Assembly (NCBI GenBank): GCA_002254405.1
Contig: NJDH01000002.1
Coordinates: 1-43,236 of the forward strand
Origin: Candidatus Altiarchaeales archaeon ex4484_96
GTDB lineage: Archaea > Altiarchaeota > Altiarchaeia > IMC4 > QMZM01
DNA: 43,236 bases
Reading direction: 5' to 3'
In this document: positions 36,081-43,236 of the stretch, piece by piece
How positions within the stretch are numbered: position 1 is the stretch's first letter
Layout: each line of letters begins with the position of its first letter
Translations under genes and position numbers: made by a program
Notes under the pieces: generated by a model
The model's input: only the letters and a program-made list of their open reading frames with translations
Databases searched by the model: none
What the model was told of the DNA's origin: nothing

Positions 36081-38027
36081 ATGAAAAAAACAGTACTTGC
36101 CTTTTGCCTGCTTATTTTAATTGCAACAGCTAACCAATGCTTTGCAACCCAGATAATAGTCATCAACGAAACACAAGAGGATATATACACCCTGGAGCGG
36201 ATAACACTATCAGGTGACCTAGAAAAAAACCTCCTAATAATCCAGGGCACAGGTGAGATAATCCAGGGAGAGAATGTAAAGGTCTATCTATTCGGGCCAG
36301 CATCGGATGTGCTGGTAACCGATTTAAAGATTAACGGCCAAGAAACAACCGTATCATTTGATGATGGAGGCTATTTTTTTATCGCAGACGAGGGGTTGAT
36401 AAAGCTTGAAGGCAAGCTGATAATCAGAACCATAGGACAGATTATACTACACGTCAACGGGCCGATAAACAAACTGGAGTTTGATTTAGAGCATGGGTAT
36501 GCCATAGACGGAGACCGCTTTGGAGTCTACAAAAATAGAATCACACTACAGAGAAGTGAAAAAGTAGCCATGTTGATAGACGGTAACTTCAGATACACCT
36601 ATGCTGAGAGAAACAGCTTCAACTATCTCATATACTTCAAGGCCTACGGCAGCTCACTGGGAAGCTACACCCTGGACCTTCCGAACAATGAAATAGTCTC
36701 TTCGGTTAGCGGAGCTATGAAATGGGAGCAGTCAGGAAACAAGCTACTGCTTGATTTACAATCCAATGAAGCATCAATCTCAATCACCGGATTATTTAGC
36801 ACCCGGGAAATCAGAGTACCATTAAAAGAGGATAAACACCATGTCTTGATTGAATCAGACCCTGAGAAGAAAATCAGCATCTCAACCAACGCCAGGGAAA
36901 TAGACCTCTCCGAGTCAAGCATGAACTCACAGTACTCAAACGCCAGAGCATTCATAGCATCAAGAAATAACGGCTTTTCCGTAACCGTAAAGCAGCTCGA
37001 GGTTCTGCCCTCACTTTCGGCCTCTGTAAGAATGGCAACCAACCAGATAGCCATAACAGAAAAAGGCAGCATCGTTGGTGAAATGAACTATGACTACGCG
37101 AACACCGGAATGGACTACATCGAAATAGACGCTCCGGGAACCCCGCTTTATGCTTCAACCGACAGGGCTGCTGTGAAACTAACGAAAGAGGAGAAATTAT
37201 TCCTGTCTTTTCCTAAAACCGAGCACGGAAACCTCGACCTAGTGTATTTCACCACCACCAACCCGCTTGGTCCGATAACAATGATTGAAATACCGCTTGC
37301 GAAAACGGATTTACCCATTACCACAGCCAACACATACATATACCTTCCTGCAAGCTATAGGGTACTTAATACATTCGGTGCCGAGGGCGGAAGCGAGCTA
37401 CCGGCTCCTGAGACAACCATCCTGTTCATTATTATACTATTCCTTCTTTCGGCAGCCGTTAAACAAAACAAGAAATTCATCACAGGCTATATTGTTTTTT
37501 CCATAGGATTATTCACATTCAACCTGGGTTTGTTTACCCTGCTGGTTGGGTTAACCCTGGCCGCCATAGCTAGAAAAAACCTTCCCGCGGGTTTCAACCT
37601 CAGATGGGTTCTCGCAGGGGCCGCATTACTTGTAGCAGTGTTCATGCTTTTGATTGTTCCAATACTCATCTGGCAGATGGGGGTTTTCAGTATGGGCTCC
37701 TCCCAGGTTACCCGGATGGAAGGTAACTACGCCACGGTCGACGAGGCAACAGCTCCAGGAGCGCCCAAGGGACTTCAGATCATAGGAGAAGACAGCGAGG
37801 GAGCCATAACAGTACCAACAAGGACAGGAGTCTACCCGGTAAAGCTGGAACTGCCCAAGACGGGTAAGACAATCACTGTGAGAAACCACCTTGTGACCAA
37901 GGAGAAACAAATAAGCCTTACCGTTCTATTAATAGCCGACTGGTTTAAATACCTGTTATATGTAATTTCATTAATAGCAGGATATCTCACTTATCGGGAG
38001 TATAAGATGGAGGAAAAAATTGAGTAG
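36081..38027 (+). CDS. Hypothetical exported/membrane protein
   Basis: Signal peptide, ~420-aa beta-rich region, TM cluster, soluble loop, C-terminal TM; family not recognised. Confidence 0.8.
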   Translation: MKKTVLAFCLLILIATANQCFATQIIVINETQEDIYTLERITLSGDLEKNLLIIQGTGEIIQGENVKVYLFGPASDVLVTDLKINGQETTVSFDDGGYFFIADEGLIKLEGKLIIRTIGQIILHVNGPINKLEFDLEHGYAIDGDRFGVYKNRITLQRSEKVAMLIDGNFRYTYAERNSFNYLIYFKAYGSSLGSYTLDLPNNEIVSSVSGAMKWEQSGNKLLLDLQSNEASISITGLFSTREIRVPLKEDKHHVLIESDPEKKISISTNAREIDLSESSMNSQYSNARAFIASRNNGFSVTVKQLEVLPSLSASVRMATNQIAITEKGSIVGEMNYDYANTGMDYIEIDAPGTPLYASTDRAAVKLTKEEKLFLSFPKTEHGNLDLVYFTTTNPLGPITMIEIPLAKTDLPITTANTYIYLPASYRVLNTFGAEGGSELPAPETTILFIIILFLLSAAVKQNKKFITGYIVFSIGLFTFNLGLFTLLVGLTLAAIARKNLPAGFNLRWVLAGAALLVAVFMLLIVPILIWQMGVFSMGSSQVTRMEGNYATVDEATAPGAPKGLQIIGEDSEGAITVPTRTGVYPVKLELPKTGKTITVRNHLVTKEKQISLTVLLIADWFKYLLYVISLIAGYLTYREYKMEEKIE

Positions 38028-38538
38028 AAAGGGTTTAATTGTTGGCAGGTTTCAGCCTTTTCATTTCGGGCACCTGAAGTTTATTGAATGGGTGGCAAAC
38101 GACGTAGACTACCTTATCATCGGAGTAGGCAGCTCACAGGAAAGCCACACGCTGGAAAATCCCTTCAGTGCCTCAGAAAGAAGGGATATGATAAAAAAAT
38201 CGCTGAAAACAAGAATCAGATACGAGATAGTGGAAATAAACGATATCAATAACGACAACCGATGGGTATCGCATGTTGAAGAAATCAGCCCAGAGTTTGA
38301 TGTAGTATACGCCAACGGGGAAAAAGAGAAAAACCTGTTCAAAAACGAAGGCTATGAGGTTAAGACAACCCCGATGTTTAACAAGAAACAATACTCTGGC
38401 ACAGAAATAAGAAACAGGATGATAGACGGCAGACCATGGCATGATTTTGTTCCGCAGGGAACAATCGAGGTTATTGAAAGAATAGATGGAGCCGGCCGAG
38501 TCAGAAGATTATATGAGAGTTATAGCTATAGAGATTAA
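38020..38538 (+). CDS. nadM: Nicotinamide-nucleotide adenylyltransferase
   Basis: GRFQPFH.GH, GSSQESHTLENPFSA.ER, SGTEIR, W...VP; TTG start. Confidence 0.93.
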   Translation: MSRKGLIVGRFQPFHFGHLKFIEWVANDVDYLIIGVGSSQESHTLENPFSASERRDMIKKSLKTRIRYEIVEINDINNDNRWVSHVEEISPEFDVVYANGEKEKNLFKNEGYEVKTTPMFNKKQYSGTEIRNRMIDGRPWHDFVPQGTIEVIERIDGAGRVRRLYESYSYRD

Positions 38539-38778
38539 AACCAGTATCCACCCGGCTAAAACAATAAACTTCAAAAACCGCTTGAATCCCTCAACGAACT
38601 CCAGTATAAGCCACAAAGCGGTTACCGGAATCAGCATGGAAATAGCGTCCGCGTACTTTTGCGCATAAACAGGATTAGCCTGATATAATGTGATACCAAG
38701 CAGATATTCTATCCCCTGCCTGATTAGATCATACAGGAAATAAAATACATTAACCATGAAAGCAATCTCTTCGGCCAT
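38509..38778 (-). CDS. Small hypothetical membrane protein
   Basis: 89-aa hydrophobic ORF filling the gap below carA; 3' overlap with nadM. Confidence 0.65.
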   Translation of the reverse strand: MAEEIAFMVNVFYFLYDLIRQGIEYLLGITLYQANPVYAQKYADAISMLIPVTALWLILEFVEGFKRFLKFIVLAGWILVLISIAITLI

Positions 38779-38819
38779 AACGGTTAATTATCTGATAAAC
38801 AGGCTAATATATCTATCTT

Positions 38820-39902
38820 TTATTTCAGGGATTCAACGAACTCATCGAATAGATAATAATTGTACCAGGGACCTGGGTGACCCTCAGGATGATACTGGAC
38901 AGCGCTAACAGGCAGCTCCTGATGCACTATTCCCTCAACCGAATTATCGTTTAAGCTGATATGAGATACCTGAAGGCTATCAGGCATGGACTTCTCATCA
39001 ACAGCGAAACCATGGTTTTGGGAGGTGATATGCGCTCTCCCCGTATTTAAGTCCTTGACCGGGTGGTTGCTGCCCCGATGCCCGAACTTGAGCTTATAGG
39101 TTTCAGCACCCAACGCTAATGCTATCAACTGCAGCCCAAGGCAGATACCGAACATCGGCAACCCCTCGTCTAAAAGATTGCTTATGGACTCGATTAGATA
39201 CGATGGTCTCTTGGGGTCCCCAGGTCCGTTGGAGACCAGTATGCCATCCGGCTGCATGTCCATGATTTCTTCAACACCTGTTTTAGCCGGCACCTGAATC
39301 ACGTTAACTCCCCGGCCAACAAGCAGGTTGATTATGCTTCTTTTAACACCGCAATCAATTAATACAACGGTTTTATCCCCGACAGCATCATGTTTGATTA
39401 TCTGGTCAACTGATACCATATCAACCAGATCAAGCTCCGATATGTTTTTTAGCTTGCATGCCCGCTCCCTCAAATCAGAGAGCTCACCCGCCTCAAACGG
39501 ATACTTTAATATGCCGTTTAATACCCCATGTAATCTGATTTTCCTGGTCAGAAAACGGGTGTCTAAACCTGCGATACCGGGTATCCCATATTCGCTGAGA
39601 AAGCCATCGAGGTTGTTTTTTTGGGCTGAATCTCTTGCGTTATAGTTCAGCTCCCGTATGATGAAACCCTCGGACTGTATCTTATAGGACTCAAATGCCT
39701 TATCGCTTATGCCATAATTGCCTACAAGAGGGTAGGTCATTAATAGAATCTGGTACTTGTATGAGGGATCCGTTAAAGCCTCCTGGTAGCCCGTCATCGA
39801 GGTGTTGAATACGACCTCACCCGATGCCTCGCATTCGGCGCCAAAGCCGGTTCCCTCAACTACCGTACCGTCAGCTAAAACCAATACCGCATTTTTTTCC
39901 AT
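38820..39902 (-). CDS. carA: Carbamoyl-phosphate synthase small subunit
   Basis: GEVVFNTSMTGYQE.LTDPSY, SNGPGDP, GICLG.Q, KFGHRG.NHPV, QYHPE. Confidence 0.97.
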   Translation of the reverse strand: MEKNAVLVLADGTVVEGTGFGAECEASGEVVFNTSMTGYQEALTDPSYKYQILLMTYPLVGNYGISDKAFESYKIQSEGFIIRELNYNARDSAQKNNLDGFLSEYGIPGIAGLDTRFLTRKIRLHGVLNGILKYPFEAGELSDLRERACKLKNISELDLVDMVSVDQIIKHDAVGDKTVVLIDCGVKRSIINLLVGRGVNVIQVPAKTGVEEIMDMQPDGILVSNGPGDPKRPSYLIESISNLLDEGLPMFGICLGLQLIALALGAETYKLKFGHRGSNHPVKDLNTGRAHITSQNHGFAVDEKSMPDSLQVSHISLNDNSVEGIVHQELPVSAVQYHPEGHPGPWYNYYLFDEFVESLK

Positions 39903-39941
39903 CACATAAATTATTGGATTAGGGATAGATATTTAGCCCAT

Positions 39942-41273
39942 CTACAGTATCGGCAGGTATTTCTCCAGCTCGTAATTACTAACACGCGTCCGGTAATTAT
40001 CCCACTCGATTTTTTTATTGTCTATAAATTTCTCGTATATATGGTCTCCTAGGGCTTTCCTGACCAAATCGCTTTCCTCGGTTCTTTTAATTGCTTCCCA
40101 CAGGTTGCTTGGCAGTGTGTTTATGCCCTTGTTTTCTCTCTCATGATAATTCATCTCGTATATGTCTTCCTCCACGGGATCAAGCAGGGAGGTCTTGTTT
40201 TTTATCCCATCAAGTCCTGCTGCGAGCATAACAGAAAACGCCAGATAGGGATTGCATGCCGGATCCGGGCTTCGAAGCTCTATTCTGGTGGATTTTTCTT
40301 TGCCAGGCTTATACTCGGGTACTCTAACCAAGGCTGAACGGTTCTTTTTAGCCCATGAAATGTAGACCGGAGCCTCGTATCCGGGGACCAGTCTTTTGTA
40401 GCTGTTAACCCACTGGTTCAGTATGGATGTCATCGATGGTATGTGGTTTAATATGCCGGCTATATAGTGTTTGGCTAAGTCCGAAAGGTAGTATTCTCCG
40501 TTTTTCTTGAAGAAGGCGTTTTTGTCCCCCTTAAAAAGAGACTGGTGGACGTGCATTCCGCTGCCGTTTTCCCCATATATTGGTTTCGGCATGAATGAAG
40601 CATATACGCCATGCTGCATTGCTACCTCCTTGACGACCAGGCGGTATGTCATTGCGTTATCAGCCATTTTCAGGGCTTCACAGTACCTTAAATCTATCTC
40701 ATGCTGGGAGGGGGCTACCTCATGGTGACTGTATTCAACCTGTATGCCTATGTTTTCAAGAGTTAAAACAGTCTCACGCCTGAGGTCGCTTGCAACATCA
40801 AGGGGTGTTAAGTCAAAGTAGCCTCCCATGTCAAGTCCCTCGGGGCATTCGGCGCTCTTGAAGTAGAAATACTCCAGTTCAGGGCCGACATAAAAGTCGT
40901 ATCCCATTTTTTTGGCTTCCTCAAGATTTCTTTTTAAAGCCCACCTAGGGCATCCGTCGTATGGTTTGCCGTCCGGCTGCAGTACATCGCAGAACATTCG
41001 GGCTACTGCGTGTTCTTCTTTAGGCCTCCAGGGTATTATCTGGAATGTCTGGGGGTCTGGCATGGCTATCATATCGCTTTCATGTATCCTGGCGAACCCC
41101 TCTATTGAGGAGCCGTCGAATCCCATCCCGTCTTCCAGTGCGGTTTCGAACTCGCTTGATGTTATCGCAAAGCTCTTCAGGGAGCCTAGGATGTCGGTGA
41201 ACCATAATCTGATGAATTTCACTTTTTTCTTCTGCACCTGTTCCATAACATAGTTTTTGTTTTTTTTCTTCAT
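39942..41273 (-). CDS. glnA: Glutamine synthetase type I
   Basis: FDGSSIEGF, GPELEY, HHEVAPSQHEI, NGSGMH.HQS, NSYKRLVPGYEAP, RIELRSPD. Confidence 0.98.
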   Translation of the reverse strand: MKKKNKNYVMEQVQKKKVKFIRLWFTDILGSLKSFAITSSEFETALEDGMGFDGSSIEGFARIHESDMIAMPDPQTFQIIPWRPKEEHAVARMFCDVLQPDGKPYDGCPRWALKRNLEEAKKMGYDFYVGPELEYFYFKSAECPEGLDMGGYFDLTPLDVASDLRRETVLTLENIGIQVEYSHHEVAPSQHEIDLRYCEALKMADNAMTYRLVVKEVAMQHGVYASFMPKPIYGENGSGMHVHQSLFKGDKNAFFKKNGEYYLSDLAKHYIAGILNHIPSMTSILNQWVNSYKRLVPGYEAPVYISWAKKNRSALVRVPEYKPGKEKSTRIELRSPDPACNPYLAFSVMLAAGLDGIKNKTSLLDPVEEDIYEMNYHERENKGINTLPSNLWEAIKRTEESDLVRKALGDHIYEKFIDNKKIEWDNYRTRVSNYELEKYLPIL

Positions 41274-41361
41274 TTTAATGCCCTCAATATTATTTTTTAT
41301 GAATTTTATATATAAAAATTAATGATTTCTTTAATAAAAAATAAAAAAATTAAAGAATCGT

Positions 41362-41700
41362 TTAAATCGCTTTTATTCCATGTTCCTTTGTTCGAATCCT
41401 CACCACATCACTCAACTCATGGATGAAAATCTTGCCGTCACCGACATTATCCGTACCAACCGCCCCGCATATCAAATCAACCACCCTGTCCACTTCATCT
41501 GCCTTAACGACAATTTCCAGCTTGATTTTCTCTATTAAATCCACGCTGTATTCACCAGCACGCCACTGCAGCTTAATACCCTTCTGCCTGCCCCGGCCTC
41601 TTACCTTAGTCACGGTCAGGCCATGGAATCCCGCATCATCCAAAACCCCCTTCGCTTCCTGCAGTTTCTCGGGTCTGATTATTGCTTCAATCATGTACAT
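41362..41700 (-). CDS. glnK: P-II nitrogen regulatory protein
   Basis: IEAIIRPEKL, V.GRGRQKG, GDGKIF, VRIRT.E.G..AI; adjacent to amt; GAGGTGA SD. Confidence 0.95.
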   Translation of the reverse strand: MYMIEAIIRPEKLQEAKGVLDDAGFHGLTVTKVRGRGRQKGIKLQWRAGEYSVDLIEKIKLEIVVKADEVDRVVDLICGAVGTDNVGDGKIFIHELSDVVRIRTKEHGIKAI

Positions 41701-41710
41701 CATAATCACC

Positions 41711-42932
41711 TCACGAATAGGCTATCTCCCGGTGCTGGGCGATATCCAGCCCAAGATACTCCTCTTTTTCGGATATCCTCAATCCAACCAATTTATCTAT
41801 TAGCTTCACCAGTATATAGGTCACCACAAACGCATATAATACGACGGCAATAACTGACAGTAACTGAGCTATTAACTGGTTGAGATTCCCTGCAACAAGG
41901 CCCCCGCTTATATCCGGGTTCACTGTAGTCGATGCGAACACACCCGTCAACAACGCGCCCAGGCTGCCTCCGACCCCGTGTATCGCAAAGGCGTCAAGCG
42001 ATTCGTCAATCTGGGCCCTGGACCTCAGCAAAACAGCGAAGTAACATAATGCCCCAACCAGGAACCCCATCACAACAGATGAACCCACATCCACATATCC
42101 TGCTGCAGGCGTTATGACAACCAATCCCGCAACGGCACCCGATAGCATTCCAAGCAGGGAGGGTTTTCCGTCCAGATACCATCCGATAATCATCCAGGTT
42201 AAGGCTGATGTTGCAGCTGCCGTGTTGGTCACAAGGAATGCGTTAGCTGCCAGCCCGTTGGCGGCTAGTGCGCTTCCAGCGTTGAATCCAAACCACCCGA
42301 ACCATAAAAGAGCGGTTCCAATAGCCGTCATGGGCAGGTCATGGGGTTCGATGCTGTATTGCCCGTATCCCTTTCTCTTGCCTATGACAAGCGCTATTGC
42401 CAGGGCAGATATGCCGCTGGATATGTGAACAACCGTGCCGCCTGCAAAATCAAGTGCTCCCAGGTTCCCAAGAAATCCTCCCCCCCCAGACCCAGTGGGC
42501 TATTGGAGCGTAAACTATCGTGGACCATAATACGATGAAAAGAATCCATGAGATGAATTTCACTCTTTCGGCGAAGGCACTTGCTATGATTGCCGTGGTT
42601 ATTATAGCGAACATCATCTGGAACGCCGAAAACACCATATGCGGGAGATTTGAGGCAAGCTCTGATGCTTCCTGACCCACCCCATTCAATAACAGGTAAT
42701 CCATATTTCCGACGAATCCCCCGATATCCGAGCCAAAGGCCATGCTATAACCAAAGAAAACCCATTGTACGCTGATGATTGCCATTGTCACGAAACAAAG
42801 TGACAGCATCGATATTATGTTTTTTCTCCTGACCATCCCCCCATAGAACAATGCCAGACCGGAGGTCATAAGCATTACCATTGCCGTGCATACCATTATC
42901 CATGCGGTGTCTGCTGCTATTATCTCACCCAT
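41711..42932 (-). pseudogene. amtB: Ammonium transporter Amt, frameshifted in a G8 homopolymer (42480-42487)
   Basis: N part (GLALFYGGMVR.KN, FQMMFA, AER, AHWVW) and C part ([24 protein letters not shown]) join in frame as [23 protein letters not shown] if one G is removed. Confidence 0.9.
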
Positions 42933-43107
42933 TATTTCACCTTATATGAATGTTTCTTTAAATAATATTGTATTTGTTATATAAATATGCAAGTTTTTTC
43001 TTAATAATTAATTAAATTAATCATATAGATATAGTATTTTTGTTGAAATCTTCATCATAGGTTTATGTGCACTTGCTGAATTGACAAAAAAAAACCATAA
43101 AATAAAA

Positions 43108-43236
43108 GGTGATTACTCAAAATCCGTACCAGATCACCCATAAATTATTTCGAACATCGTCTTAAATATGTCAGAGTTTCGGTGGTTGAACCGAAACTCC
43201 ATCTCTTTGAGATACAGATAGTAGTTGTTTTTGTGT
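43108..43236 (-). mobile_element. End of an IS1595-family insertion sequence (continues beyond the window)
   Basis: Transposase C-terminus on minus strand followed by a candidate terminal repeat starting GGTGATTACTCAAAA, abutting an AT-rich flank. Confidence 0.7.
43134..43235 (-). CDS. IS1595-family transposase, C-terminal fragment
   Basis: Hand translation HKNNYYLYLKEMEFRFNHRNSDIFKTMFEIIYG*, matching the YL.E..FRFN.R motif of ISXO2/IS1595 DDE transposases. Confidence 0.78.
   Translation of the reverse strand, partial: HKNNYYLYLKEMEFRFNHRNSDIFKTMFEIIYG

Noticed and set aside
43174-43199. Hairpin as CRISPR repeat, riboswitch or terminator
   Set aside because: Single copy, lies inside the transposase coding tail, lacks riboswitch consensus

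Overview
Archaeal chromosomal segment made mostly of housekeeping genes; the lineage cannot be fixed from sequence alone (an uncultivated archaeon such as Altiarchaeota is a guess). Contents in order: tRNA-Gly; an AglH-like GlcNAc-1-P transferase and an FAD oxidoreductase; the rps6e-eif2g-PIN-ppaC-rpoE1-spt4-dpck-rps24e-rps27ae operon; gatE, an HPP protein, priS, trm5, ABCE1; an intron-containing tRNA-Ser; the rps13-rps4-rps11-rpoD-tRNA-Leu-rpl18e-rpl13-rps9-rpoN-rpoK-rps2 operon; enolase and ferredoxin; a Ni ECF transporter with nikR; an Hps-RraA fusion; an OFA-type MFS transporter with a disrupted acetyl-CoA synthetase; trxB; a GT3 glycogen synthase/debranching module; an orphan receiver protein; nadM; carA-glnA-glnK-amt (amt frameshifted in a G8 run); and the end of an IS1595-family element at the right edge. 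Two small genes (rps27ae, spt4) and the transposase tail are missing from the ORF track. No CRISPR, defence island or provirus was seen. The most notable signals are non-coding or compositional: a D-loop tRNA intron, a possibly bistable tRNA intron, twin hairpin elements flanking tRNA-Ser, a structured r-protein leader, a shared 18-bp palindromic operator, and a kb-scale saw-tooth A+C strand skew that ignores gene orientation.
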